Part shown: positions 48,503 to 58,085 of the stretch, one piece after another
Position numbering within the stretch: position 1 is the stretch's first letter
How the letters are laid out: each line of letters starts with the position of its first letter
Source: Candidatus Kuenenbacteria bacterium
Lineage (GTDB): Bacteria; Patescibacteriota; Patescibacteriia; UBA2196; GWA2-42-15
DNA: 64,000 nt
Assembly: GCA_012797775.1 (NCBI GenBank)
Contig: JAAZOM010000021.1
Coordinates: 6,147 to 70,146, forward strand
Direction: 5' to 3'
Program-made: the position numbers and the translations under genes
The notes under the pieces: model-generated
Database searches by the model: none
What the model was told of the DNA's origin: nothing
What the model saw: only the letters and a program-made list of their open reading frames with translations

Positions 48503-49591
48503 TTAATTGGCAACATGAAATTTTTGAGCCATGGCCTGAAAATCTATTTTATCAACAGCCGCCTTTAGGGCATCAGTATAACTAACTTCTCCGGTTTTTA
48601 CCAACTCCAAGAGTGTCTGGTCTAGGCTACGCATCCCCTCTTCTTTGGACATTTGGATGACGCTTGTCAGCTGAGCAAAGCGTCCTTCTCTGATTAGGGC
48701 GCGGGAAGCAGAGTTGGAAATAAGAATTTCCATAACGGTAATCTCACCACCGCCACGACGCGGCAAAAGCTGCTGGACCAAAACCCCCAACAAGATCTCA
48801 GCAAGAGTATCTTTTGTTTTTTCACTTTCACTTTCGGGCACCAGCTTCACGAGATTATCAACAGCATCGGCAACAGAATTGGACTCGGTAATAGCTATTA
48901 CTAAGCGGCCACTTTCTATAAAACTAAAAATATTATTTAAAATATCAGCACTTTCTATCTTGGAAAGAAAAACAATATCAACGTCGCTGTCTTTGGAAAA
49001 CTTGAGGGCGTCAAGATAGCTGCCGCTATCGCGGCCTATCTCCCGCTGTTCAATAATGCTCTTTTCAGAAGTAAGAATATACTCTACAGGCTGTTCAAGA
49101 GTCAAAATATATTTTGACTCTGTTTTGTTAATATTATTTAAAAGAGACAAGGCTGTTGATGTCCGCCCGGAACCGTGGTGTCCAGAGATGATTATCAGAC
49201 CGCTTTTGTTTTTGGTTAAGTCGGCAAATTCCCGACTAATACCCAAAAAATCTGGGTCATTGATGACAGTCGGGATATAAGTAAAAATCATTGACAGACT
49301 ATTTTTTTGATAAAAGATATGAATTTTGAAACGAATATCACCCTCAAATGTGTGGGTAATAATAATAGATTTTTTTTGTTCAAATTCAGCTACTTCCTCT
49401 TTCGATAAAATAATTTTGACCACATCCTCCAAAAATTCATTACCAACAATATCTTCACTATCAAGAAGAACAAGGCGTTGATCTGAACGGACAATGGGCT
49501 TGGAGCCAGGCTCTAAATGAAAACAAGAAGCACCACTTTTAACAACACTATTTATTATTTTGTTGAGTATAAGGCTGCTTTGAGTAGACAT
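48503..49591 (-). CDS. pilT: PilT-like retraction ATPase homolog with degenerate Walker A (GHHGSGRTS; Lys replaced by Arg) and non-canonical Walker B/Asp box
   Basis: PilT-like N-terminal domain and C-terminal His-box region. The CGG Arg codon was confirmed on the DNA at ~49172. The expected ...GEMRD... region reads DVDIVFLSKIESAD. Confidence 0.75.
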   Translation of the reverse strand: MSTQSSLILNKIINSVVKSGASCFHLEPGSKPIVRSDQRLVLLDSEDIVGNEFLEDVVKIILSKEEVAEFEQKKSIIITHTFEGDIRFKIHIFYQKNSLSMIFTYIPTVINDPDFLGISREFADLTKNKSGLIIISGHHGSGRTSTALSLLNNINKTESKYILTLEQPVEYILTSEKSIIEQREIGRDSGSYLDALKFSKDSDVDIVFLSKIESADILNNIFSFIESGRLVIAITESNSVADAVDNLVKLVPESESEKTKDTLAEILLGVLVQQLLPRRGGGEITVMEILISNSASRALIREGRFAQLTSVIQMSKEEGMRSLDQTLLELVKTGEVSYTDALKAAVDKIDFQAMAQKFHVAN

Positions 49592-49621
49592 ATTGGTTGG
49601 GACATTAGAATTATTTAAAGA

Positions 49622-51352
49622 TTATTCTTTGGTAACTGTTAATATTTCTTCAACGGTAGTTTTGCCTTCGAGGGCCTTGATAATACCATCCTGTTTGAGG
49701 GTCAACATGCCTTGTTGCACAAAAATTTCTTTGACTTTGTCAAGACTAGAACCTGAATAAATAATATTTTTTATCTCCTCGCTGATGTCCAAAACTTCAA
49801 CGATGGCGGTGCGTCCCTTGTAGCCCGTCTGGTCGCAACGAGAACAACCCTTGCCATGATAAATGGTTTTTAGGCTTTCTTCGTTTATGCCCTTTGGTAG
49901 ACTACCCTTGGGGATAGATTGAAAAATTTCTTTGGCTTGATCAACAAGGGTTTTGGGCATGGGTACTGGCTCTTTGCACTCCGCGCAGATACGCCGAACG
50001 AGCCTTTGGGCAATAATAACATTTAGGGTAGAGGCCAAAAGAAATGGTTCGACCTTCATGTCAATCAGACGGGGAATGGCGCCAAAAGCGTCATTGGTGT
50101 GAAGGGTGGACAAAACAGTGTGTCCAGTAAGGCTGGCATGGATGGCCAGTTCGGCTGTTTCGGCGTCGCGTATTTCGCCAACCATGATAATATCTGGATC
50201 TTGACGGAGAATGGAGCGCAAGCCAGAAGCAAAAGTAAATTTCACTTCTGGGTGAACCTGTGATTGGTTGACACCAGTCAAATAATATTCTACTGGGTCT
50301 TCAAGGGTAACAATGTTTACTTCTTCTTTGTTGAGGATCTGCAGGGCGGCATAAAGAGTGGTTGACTTACCGGAACCAGTAGGGCCAGTAACAAGAAACA
50401 TGCCATGCGGTTTAACAATGTTGTTGTACATCAATTCTAAATTTTTACCCTCAAAGCCCAAATCCTCCCAAGTGGAAACGCCGTGAGAAGTATCCAGAAT
50501 CCTCATTACCACCTTTTCTTGACTATATAGGGGAAGCGTAGATACACGGAAATCGATATTTTTGTTGTTGATATTGAGACGAATGCGGCCGTCCTGGGGA
50601 ATTCTGGTTTCGTCAATTTTTAGATTGGCCATGACTTTGATGCGTGAAACTATAGCGGCATGAACATATTTCGGCAAAAGAAGAGATGTTTGCAAAAGCC
50701 CGTCAATACGATAACGCACTCGTGTCTCTCCGGTTGTTGGCTCTATATGAACATCTGAAGCGCCAAGCTCTACGGCGTGTTTCAAAATAACAGAGACCAT
50801 CTTGGAAATGGGCGCTGATTTGATAACCTGATCCATTTTGTCTTCGCCAGGTTCTTCGGTCTCAAATTTATCTTCAGCAACTTTTAAAGCTTCACTGACT
50901 TCAGTTTTGAGGCTACCATATTGCTGCAAAGCTTTATTGAAGCTGCTCGGAGAGGTGATATAATATTCAATCTGCAACCCTTTGCCTCGAGCTACAAAAT
51001 CGGCAGCTTCTCTGGCTTTTATATTTAGGGCGTCAACAAGGGCAACTTTGAGCAAATCATTTTCTTTGGCGAAAACAACCATTTGATAGTTTTCTGCCAA
51101 GTCTCTAGGGAGAATAAAAAGTATGGCGCCAGGAATGCGCTCCTCCCCCAAAACTGTATAGGGTAAGTTAAAAATTGCCGCTTTAGCCTTGGTGATATCT
51201 TCTTCGGAAATATCTTTTGTCTTTTGGAGGGCTTGTTCTAGTTTTGGTAAATCTAACTCTAATTTTAGCTGGTTAATGTCAGCAGCTGTAATTTTGCCAT
51301 TAGATAAAAAATAATCAAGAATTTTATCCTTGAGATCCTCTGTTTTTTTCAT
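49622..51352 (-). CDS. pilB: Type IV pilus assembly ATPase (GspE family)
   Basis: N-terminal GSPII domain, Walker A GPTGSGKSTT, and the tetracysteine CAECKEP...CSRCDQTGYKGR. Confidence 0.9.
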   Translation of the reverse strand: MKKTEDLKDKILDYFLSNGKITAADINQLKLELDLPKLEQALQKTKDISEEDITKAKAAIFNLPYTVLGEERIPGAILFILPRDLAENYQMVVFAKENDLLKVALVDALNIKAREAADFVARGKGLQIEYYITSPSSFNKALQQYGSLKTEVSEALKVAEDKFETEEPGEDKMDQVIKSAPISKMVSVILKHAVELGASDVHIEPTTGETRVRYRIDGLLQTSLLLPKYVHAAIVSRIKVMANLKIDETRIPQDGRIRLNINNKNIDFRVSTLPLYSQEKVVMRILDTSHGVSTWEDLGFEGKNLELMYNNIVKPHGMFLVTGPTGSGKSTTLYAALQILNKEEVNIVTLEDPVEYYLTGVNQSQVHPEVKFTFASGLRSILRQDPDIIMVGEIRDAETAELAIHASLTGHTVLSTLHTNDAFGAIPRLIDMKVEPFLLASTLNVIIAQRLVRRICAECKEPVPMPKTLVDQAKEIFQSIPKGSLPKGINEESLKTIYHGKGCSRCDQTGYKGRTAIVEVLDISEEIKNIIYSGSSLDKVKEIFVQQGMLTLKQDGIIKALEGKTTVEEILTVTKE

Positions 51353-51361
51353 AAAATAAAA

Positions 51362-51682
51362 TTACTGAGCGAAATAAGGAGCAAAGGGATCGGCTTTGCC
51401 AACATTGCTAGGCACTATTGGCCAGTCACCTATTTTTTTTAACTTTGCGAAGAGACTATCTTCCAAAATGGCTGCCTCTTTTTGGGCGGGGTTAGCGTTG
51501 GCTCCGGTTTGAATAGTGGTGTTAATTAGGCTATTAACCTCACTATTATTATAAATATTGGCCACTGAATCATTTTTGGAATTATTAAAATAAATATAAA
51601 TATTTAGACCGGCCATCAAAGCTATGACCGCTAAATAGGTGATTAATTTCTTTTTTGATAATTGAGAGCGATTGGCCAACAT
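51362..51682 (-). CDS. Small membrane-anchored protein in the pilus operon (possible PilP-like component)
   Basis: 106 aa with an N-terminal TM helix. Assigned by position only. Confidence 0.4.
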   Translation of the reverse strand: MLANRSQLSKKKLITYLAVIALMAGLNIYIYFNNSKNDSVANIYNNSEVNSLINTTIQTGANANPAQKEAAILEDSLFAKLKKIGDWPIVPSNVGKADPFAPYFAQ

Positions 51683-51686
51683 AAAA

Positions 51687-52310
51687 CTATTTAAGATAAT
51701 AAGCAGTTAAAAATACGGATAGCGAGCCATCAGAAGGGGTAAAATTGAAAGAGTTGATGTCCATCAGTCTGATATTGTTTTCGATAAGGGCAAAAAGCTG
51801 TTTAACTTTATTGTAACTAATATTGGAAAGGCTAAAATTAATACTAAGGGATTTTAGTTGTCGAGTAACGTTTTTTTCTGCCTGAGCGCCCCCAGAACCC
51901 GAAGGAATTTTTTGCGGTTCAGGTTTTTTTTCTTCATTTAGTTGGATACTAATGCTCTCTACCTTGGCCTTAACTTGTTCTGACAGGCTCTCAAGGTTGA
52001 TATAAAGATTGGCTTCATCAGGACCAATGGGAATAATTTCGCCAACCTTTTGCTTGTCCTCAGAGCTTATGGCATCATAACTCATAATGATTTTTTTGTA
52101 TTTTTGGATCTGGGACATTTTCTGGTTGAATTCTGATTCTTTGGCCGAATAAAGAGTCTGATTTGCTTTATATTTGTTGTTCTCTGGGCTAATAAGAAAA
52201 AAATAACCCGGGAGTAATAAAATAAAAAAAAGTAAAAAGACTAAAACCCCAAAATGTTTTTTATAAAATGGTATATTCTTTTTTTGTTCTTCGGTGACGG
52301 TTGTTTCCAT
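51687..52310 (-). CDS. PilO-like pilus assembly protein
   Basis: N-terminal TM helix and a coiled coil. Assigned by position and architecture in the pilMNO block. Confidence 0.45.
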   Translation of the reverse strand: METTVTEEQKKNIPFYKKHFGVLVFLLFFILLLPGYFFLISPENNKYKANQTLYSAKESEFNQKMSQIQKYKKIIMSYDAISSEDKQKVGEIIPIGPDEANLYINLESLSEQVKAKVESISIQLNEEKKPEPQKIPSGSGGAQAEKNVTRQLKSLSINFSLSNISYNKVKQLFALIENNIRLMDINSFNFTPSDGSLSVFLTAYYLK

Positions 52311-52322
52311 ATCTTATTTTTA

Positions 52323-53357
52323 TTATTGCGGTTGAGTATTGTTGTCGGCATTACCCACCTTTTCAATCACAGAGTGGGGAACAATAAAACTTATACTAAA
52401 AGACACACCGGGATCACCTGGCTGTTCTGTTTTTTCAAAGGTCAGATTGGTCAATTTTACATCTTGGTAAATCGGGCTGGAATTTAAAACTACTAGCTCT
52501 TCTGCCATGGAGCGCAAGTTTAGAGCTTTGCCGCCGAGATCAACACCGCCGAGGTCAGTCACCGATAAACCCGTAAAATAAACGTTGCCAGCTGTATGAT
52601 TTTCCAGGGTGGGGAAAAACTGACTCCAGTAGACATGATTCTTGAAAACATTGTTCAGATTATTAAACTGCTGGGAAAGACTACCATAATCTTTTATCTC
52701 TGATTCAAATTCGGTTATTTTTTTATCTATCAATATGAGTTTTTCTTTAAGCAGATTTATATCCTCATTGTAGCGCTTATTTTTGCTCTCAAAATAGATA
52801 TAGGGAGAAAAAACAACTAACAAGCTGATAATAAAAATAAAAAAATAGCTCCAAATAATCTGGGTGTCGGTAAACCCCTTGGGGCTGCTGGGGAGTAAGT
52901 TCACAACCAATCCTGGCTCATCAGTATTTTTATTGGCAGACTTGACCTCATTGAAACCACCAATTTCTTTCTTGACCTGGACCACCTTGGTGGAAGGAAT
53001 AATTTTGGCGGGAGGAGAATAAGTGCTTACTGGAGAATGGGTCGGGGCAGCGGGTGTTGTTTTTGGGGGCTGAATTTTGACCTCATTCACGGCGACAACT
53101 GACGATTCTTTTGGGCTTTTTAATTTCTTCTTAAATAGACGACCAAAAAAAGACGGCTTGGGTGTCTTTGGCTTGCCAACAACATGCGAAGGTTGCGTGT
53201 TGGCTATAATTTTTTTGCCATCATCTTTTGCGGGCATATGAAGACCGGGGCTTACTGGGTCCTTTTTGGGACTGTGGTGCCTGGCTTGCTGTAATTCTCC
53301 GGGTAAAAAATTTATGCCCTCGTCTTTGTCGTTGTTATTTTTTGGGTGATCAAACAT
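52323..53357 (-). CDS. PilN-like pilus assembly protein with long Pro/Lys-rich disordered N-terminal region
   Basis: A TM helix at ~170 aa followed by coiled-coil and periplasmic domains. It sits directly downstream of pilM. Confidence 0.5.
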   Translation of the reverse strand: MFDHPKNNNDKDEGINFLPGELQQARHHSPKKDPVSPGLHMPAKDDGKKIIANTQPSHVVGKPKTPKPSFFGRLFKKKLKSPKESSVVAVNEVKIQPPKTTPAAPTHSPVSTYSPPAKIIPSTKVVQVKKEIGGFNEVKSANKNTDEPGLVVNLLPSSPKGFTDTQIIWSYFFIFIISLLVVFSPYIYFESKNKRYNEDINLLKEKLILIDKKITEFESEIKDYGSLSQQFNNLNNVFKNHVYWSQFFPTLENHTAGNVYFTGLSVTDLGGVDLGGKALNLRSMAEELVVLNSSPIYQDVKLTNLTFEKTEQPGDPGVSFSISFIVPHSVIEKVGNADNNTQPQ

Positions 53358-53363
53358 AAAAAA

Positions 53364-54563
53364 TTATATTTCTCTCATAGCCAGTCCAACAGCAACAGAG
53401 AACCGCGGACCGATTTCGGTCAAGACTGGTTTTAGCTCCAAGGGATAAACTATCTTATCCCAAGGGTCGCCGATAATAACTTTGATGTCTAAGATTTTGG
53501 AGAGAAAAGATGGCAATTCCGGCAAAAACGAACTGCCTCCGGTTAAAATTATTTTCTCTACCTTGTTCTGAGTTGGATTTTGCGCCAAATAAATATCCAG
53601 AGAATATTTTATCTCATTAATAATCGGATTGATGGCTGTTTTTATCGTATCCGGCAGACCGCCTGGGCCAAGCGAAGAAAAGCCAATATCTCTTTTAAAC
53701 TGTTCGGCCCGACCGAGATCCACGTTTAAACTAGACATTATTGATTTGGTTAGGGTGGTACCGCCGACGTCAATACTTCTGGTGAGGACTGGGATGCCAC
53801 TTTCTATAATGCAAATATTACTAGAAACAGCCCCAACATCAACGATCATAATAGAGGCTGGATCATTGCCGGCCAAAGAGCGCTCAAGAGCAAAGGATTC
53901 TGTTTCTAGGCTGACAAGCTCCAGCTCGGCAGCACGGAAAATCCGAATATATCTTTCTACTATTTTTTTGGGTGCGGCAGTTAGAAGAACTTTTGTGTTA
54001 TTTTTTAGTAGTTGATTGACTGGAGTGCTGCCCTTGACGGTTCCTTTGTGGCTAAAAATTTTGTCAAGGAAGGAGCCCTGCTTGGCATCACCCGCTTCGC
54101 CATTTGGAGAGACGGCATTCTCTTTATTGTTCGGGTTTGTGTTGTTAATCGGCGGAATAACACTCTTTTTGTCTGGCCGCACGGGGACGACCTTCCAGTC
54201 GAGGGTCATCTCTTCCATGGGAAGGGGAATAAATTTTTTGGCTTCCCACTGAATAGCTTTGGCTAGGTCTTTTTTGCTCATGGAAGGGAGATTGATAATC
54301 GAACTAAAAACAGAAAAGCTAGGCAGGGCGGCAACAACTTTTTTGCTGCTCATGCGACTTTTTTTGCAGATATCTTTGATAATGTTGACAATTTTATCCT
54401 CCATCTCTTTGGATGAGGAACGGATAATGTCAGTGGGCTGCTCTACATAACCATAGGTTAAAAGTAAGGCTCGACCCCCCTTGTCTTGTAGTTCCACAAT
54501 TTTAATGGCGGAAGTACCTAAATCAACGCCTAAATAGCTTCTCTTTGGACTAATTATATCCAT
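53364..54563 (-). CDS. pilM: Type IV pilus assembly protein PilM (actin-like ATPase fold)
   Basis: SYLGVDLGTSAIKIVEL...; the pattern DVGAVSSNICIIE...GGT is PilM/FtsA-like. There is a ~60 aa insertion. Confidence 0.8.
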   Translation of the reverse strand: MDIISPKRSYLGVDLGTSAIKIVELQDKGGRALLLTYGYVEQPTDIIRSSSKEMEDKIVNIIKDICKKSRMSSKKVVAALPSFSVFSSIINLPSMSKKDLAKAIQWEAKKFIPLPMEEMTLDWKVVPVRPDKKSVIPPINNTNPNNKENAVSPNGEAGDAKQGSFLDKIFSHKGTVKGSTPVNQLLKNNTKVLLTAAPKKIVERYIRIFRAAELELVSLETESFALERSLAGNDPASIMIVDVGAVSSNICIIESGIPVLTRSIDVGGTTLTKSIMSSLNVDLGRAEQFKRDIGFSSLGPGGLPDTIKTAINPIINEIKYSLDIYLAQNPTQNKVEKIILTGGSSFLPELPSFLSKILDIKVIIGDPWDKIVYPLELKPVLTEIGPRFSVAVGLAMREI

Positions 54564-54787
54564 AAATAAGTAATAACTAAAATTGAGCGATTGAACTCTG
54601 GTGTTTAATAAAAACTATCGCTTATGTCTGATTTTATTATAACACAAAAAATAATTTATTCCTACAAGGCCAAGTGGGATAAACAGACAATTTGTTGTAA
54701 TTGACTTAAATAACTAAAGGGATTAACATTATAATAAGTCGAGAGTAAATAAAATAATAATTAATTGGCTGGCAAAAAATAAAAATT

Positions 54788-55366
54788 TTGACTGCCAAAG
54801 AGAAAAAATATATGCAAATATTGTATATAATATTAGCCGTTTTGGTTGTCGCCTTGGTGTGGCTAGTCGGTGTCTATAACGGCCTGATTCGCCTGAAAAA
54901 TCGCACTGATGAGGCGGCTTCGGATATCGATGTCCAGCTCAAAAGAAGGCATGATCTTATCCCAAACCTAGTGGAAACGGTCAAGGGTTATGCCACACAC
55001 GAAAGAGAGGTGTTTGAAAAAGTGACTGAGGCTAGAGCTTCGGCTATGCAGGCCACTGGCATGGAAGCCAAGGCTAAGGCAGAAAATGCCCTGATGGATA
55101 CCATGAAAAGTTTATTTGCGGTAGCGGAAAATTATCCACAGCTTCGTGCTTCGGAAAATTTTGCCAAACTACAAGATGAACTCTCGGATACGGAGAATAA
55201 AATCCAAGCTTCCAGAAGATTTTATAATGGTAATGTACGCGACTTCAATACCAAGATCCAGGTGTTCCCGAATAATATGGTGGCTGGCATGTTGAAGTTC
55301 ACCAAATATGAATTTTTTGAAGTGGCTGATGCGAGTGAGAGAGAAAATGTGGAAGTAAAGTTTTAA
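54788..55366 (+). CDS. lemA: LemA family protein
   Basis: N-terminal TM helix and the LemA signature NGLIRLKNRTDEAASDIDVQLKRRHDLIPNLVETVKGYA. Confidence 0.85.
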   Translation: MTAKEKKYMQILYIILAVLVVALVWLVGVYNGLIRLKNRTDEAASDIDVQLKRRHDLIPNLVETVKGYATHEREVFEKVTEARASAMQATGMEAKAKAENALMDTMKSLFAVAENYPQLRASENFAKLQDELSDTENKIQASRRFYNGNVRDFNTKIQVFPNNMVAGMLKFTKYEFFEVADASERENVEVKF

Positions 55367-55436
55367 AAAACACAAAATTCAATTAACAAAACTCAAAAAA
55401 TGTTTTTTGTTAATTATTTTTTGATTTTTGTGATAT

Positions 55437-56330
55437 ATGTACCAACAAATTGACTCTAATAAAAGAAAGACATTGATTTTGATGACACTATTTTTGGCAT
55501 TTGTCATATTTTTGGGTTGGGTAATTGGAAAAATTTATCCGGATTATGGCTATGGGCCGCTGGTAATGGCCGTGGTAATTTCTTTGGTGATGACTTTGGT
55601 TAGTTATTTTGCGGGAGATAAAATCAGTCTGGCCACTGCCGGGGCCAAAGGGCCAATCACTGTGAGTGATAATCCCTATGTTTATAGATTGGTAGAGAAT
55701 CTATGCATCACGGCTGGCACACCGATGCCGAAAATTTATATTATCCAAGACCCGGGCATGAATGCTTTTGCCACAGGCCGTGACCCAGAGCATGCTTCTA
55801 TTGCTTTGACGAGTGGAATAATCGAGGGGCTAGAGAATGAAGAATTGGAGGGTGTAATCGCCCATGAATTGTCGCACATTAAAAATTATGACATCAGAAT
55901 AATGATGATCGTGGTGGTCTTGGTCGGAGCGATTTCTATTTTGAGCGACTACTTTCTAAGATCTAGATGGCGAAAGAGAGATTCTAACGAGAGTAATGGT
56001 AATGTGGGTGCGATTTTGATGGTAGTAGGAATAATCTTGATAGTCCTCTCCCCGATTATCGCTGAGTTGATAAAGTTGGCGATCTCTAGAAAAAGAGAAT
56101 TTTTGGCAGATGCTGATGGCGCACTTCTAACTAGATACCCGGAAGGATTGGCTAGGGCACTAGAAAAAATCACCAATAATTCTACGCCTCTGATCAAGGC
56201 CAATACGGCCACGGCCCACCTCTATATTGCCAGCCCGTTCGGAGCCAGGGCCACTAGTGGCTTTAAAAAACTTTTTTCCACTCATCCGCCAGTGGAAGAA
56301 AGAATCCGACAACTCAGGTCAATGGCTTAA
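55437..56330 (+). CDS. htpX: M48 family zinc metalloprotease (HtpX-like)
   Basis: HEXXH motif VIAHELSHIKNYD, TM helices, and the typical LemA-HtpX pairing. Confidence 0.85.
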   Translation: MYQQIDSNKRKTLILMTLFLAFVIFLGWVIGKIYPDYGYGPLVMAVVISLVMTLVSYFAGDKISLATAGAKGPITVSDNPYVYRLVENLCITAGTPMPKIYIIQDPGMNAFATGRDPEHASIALTSGIIEGLENEELEGVIAHELSHIKNYDIRIMMIVVVLVGAISILSDYFLRSRWRKRDSNESNGNVGAILMVVGIILIVLSPIIAELIKLAISRKREFLADADGALLTRYPEGLARALEKITNNSTPLIKANTATAHLYIASPFGARATSGFKKLFSTHPPVEERIRQLRSMA

Positions 56331-56407
56331 ACCTACGAATATACAAATCAGTTACAAATATACGAATATTTTATTCGTATATTTGTAATTAATTCGTAAT
56401 TTGTATT

Positions 56408-57352
56408 ATGGAATTGTTAAAAGAAATAACGGAAAAAGATCTAGGCATTAGTGAGGAAACGATCAGCGAGACAATCAAATACAAAGTCCGCCGGGCTGCT
56501 CGGGCGGTGGTTTTGGATCAGGAAAATAAGGTGGCAATAGTGTGGAACGGTAAAGAAAAACACCATAAAATTCCCGGGGGTAAAATAGAAGAGGGCGAAG
56601 ATATTCAAGAAGCGCTGCGGCGAGAAATAAAAGAAGAGGTTGGTTGCCAAGCGGAAATGATCGGGGAGGTGGGTTGCATTGTAGAATTCAAGAACAAATT
56701 TGAAGAATTGCATTTTTCTTATTGTTACTTGGCAAGAATAAAAGGCGAAAAAGGAGAACCGGAGTTTACTGAGCAAGAAAAAGAACATGGTTTCCAGCTT
56801 AAATGGGAGTCATTGGACGAGGCGATAAGTTTGTTCGGGAATGATCAGCCCGATGGCTATTGGGGTAAATTTATGTGGCGGCGAGATTTTGATTTTTTGC
56901 TGAAAGCCAAAGAACTATTAGATAATGAACAGAAAAATAAGCGACCATTGGTGGGTGTTGGAGTGATGATCCAGAATAAAAAAGGCGAAGTATTGATAGG
57001 ACTACGCAAGAGCCAACACGCTAATGGCGAGTGGAGCTTCCCGGGCGGGCATGTGGAATTCGGGGAAAGGATTGAAGAGACAGCAAGAAAAGAGGTCTTG
57101 GAGGAGACCGGACTAGAGATTGAAAAAATGGAATTGATTTCGGTGGCTGACCAGATGCGCTATATAGAAACAGAGGGCAAACATTATTTGAATATCGGAT
57201 TTAAGGGAGAGTATGAGGGTGGAGAACCAAAAGTATTGGAACCGGAAAAATGCGCCGAGTGGCGGTGGTTTTCACTCGACAATCTGCCGACTCCCCTGCT
57301 AGAAGGGACGGAGCTAGTGATAAAAAATTACTTAAAGGGGAAGATATATTAA
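56408..57352 (+). CDS. Tandem-domain NUDIX hydrolase
   Basis: Two NUDIX boxes: GGKIEEGEDIQEALRREIKEEVG and GGHVEFGERIEETARKEVLEETG. Confidence 0.8.
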   Translation: MELLKEITEKDLGISEETISETIKYKVRRAARAVVLDQENKVAIVWNGKEKHHKIPGGKIEEGEDIQEALRREIKEEVGCQAEMIGEVGCIVEFKNKFEELHFSYCYLARIKGEKGEPEFTEQEKEHGFQLKWESLDEAISLFGNDQPDGYWGKFMWRRDFDFLLKAKELLDNEQKNKRPLVGVGVMIQNKKGEVLIGLRKSQHANGEWSFPGGHVEFGERIEETARKEVLEETGLEIEKMELISVADQMRYIETEGKHYLNIGFKGEYEGGEPKVLEPEKCAEWRWFSLDNLPTPLLEGTELVIKNYLKGKIY

Positions 57353-57373
57353 TAATAAAAAATTAATAGAAAT

Positions 57374-57407
57374 AAAAAGGGAGCTACGCTTGTAGCTCCC
57401 TTGGTTC
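57374..57407. terminator. Bidirectional rho-independent terminator after NUDIX (+) and after the rSAM-cluster operon (-)
   Basis: GGGAGCTAC-GCTT-GTAGCTCCC hairpin flanked by A-run and T-run. Confidence 0.65.
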
Positions 57408-57424
57408 ATGGGACGATGCCGGTG

Positions 57425-57511
57425 TCACTTTTTTTTGACGACGGGATTTTTGCGCTTTACCGTCAGAGTCGTGACCTTGCGGGAGTCCAGAACCTTTTTA
57501 CATTTTGACAT
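57425..57511 (-). CDS. Candidate small ORF, 28 aa, Lys-rich (MSKCKKVLDSRKVTTLTVKRKNPVVKKK), with a strong Shine-Dalgarno
   Basis: Found manually; it is below the ORF-track size cutoff. GGAGGTGA sits 5 nt upstream of the ATG at 57511. It ends just before the terminator hairpin, 37 nt downstream of the YkgJ-like gene. Confidence 0.25.
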   Translation of the reverse strand: MSKCKKVLDSRKVTTLTVKRKNPVVKKK

Positions 57512-57548
57512 CTTACTCACCTCCTCATTGTCATTGTTGTTTTTTTGT

Positions 57549-58085
57549 TCACGCCGGATACCTTCCAAGCGGGAATAAAACTTGAGATCGATTTGGTCCG
57601 TATGGGTATTTACTTAGGTTTTCCACCGCCAACCAGGTATCCACGACTCTTTTTAGAAGATCCGGGTTCATTTTAGAAAAAAGTCGTTGGGCTTTTTGTT
57701 TGAAGGATTTATTTTGAACCGCAGACCAAGCACAATCAAGTTGTAATACCACATGGACTATACCCCCTTCGCACGAAAAATCCAAAGGGAAAAGTCTGCA
57801 GAATAGCGGTCTTTTCTCGTGGATAGAACAGAGCCCATTTTCTCTCCACGGGCAAGGGGGTTTATAGATCTCAACGTCTATTGGCCCCTCCAAGAAAGGG
57901 TTGATAAATTTACTCTCGTTGACCTGCAGAATTTCAACCCCTGCCTCATAAAGTGGCTCTTCTTCTTCTGGCATGAGCCAAATATAGCCGCGACAATCAT
58001 CGTGGGTGCATGACGAACAGGCTCGACTAATGCCACTCAATAAAACATCCAAGGCTGCATACAATTGATCAAGATTTGCTATCAT
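57549..58085 (-). CDS. YkgJ / UPF0153 family cysteine-cluster protein (putative Zn/Fe-chelating domain)
   Basis: CSSCTHDDC followed by CSIHEKRPLFCRLFP, which matches the family motif C.IY..RP..CR.FP. It overlaps the rSAM gene by 4 bp. Confidence 0.6.
   Translation of the reverse strand: MIANLDQLYAALDVLLSGISRACSSCTHDDCRGYIWLMPEEEEPLYEAGVEILQVNESKFINPFLEGPIDVEIYKPPCPWRENGLCSIHEKRPLFCRLFPLDFSCEGGIVHVVLQLDCAWSAVQNKSFKQKAQRLFSKMNPDLLKRVVDTWLAVENLSKYPYGPNRSQVLFPLGRYPA

Noticed and set aside
57425-57511. Considered calling the 28-aa Lys-rich ORF a ribosomal protein (L33, L34 or L36-like)
   Set aside because: The sequence does not match any of those families (no Zn-ribbon Cys pattern and no conserved L34 or L36 motifs). 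It is kept as an unassigned candidate small ORF.
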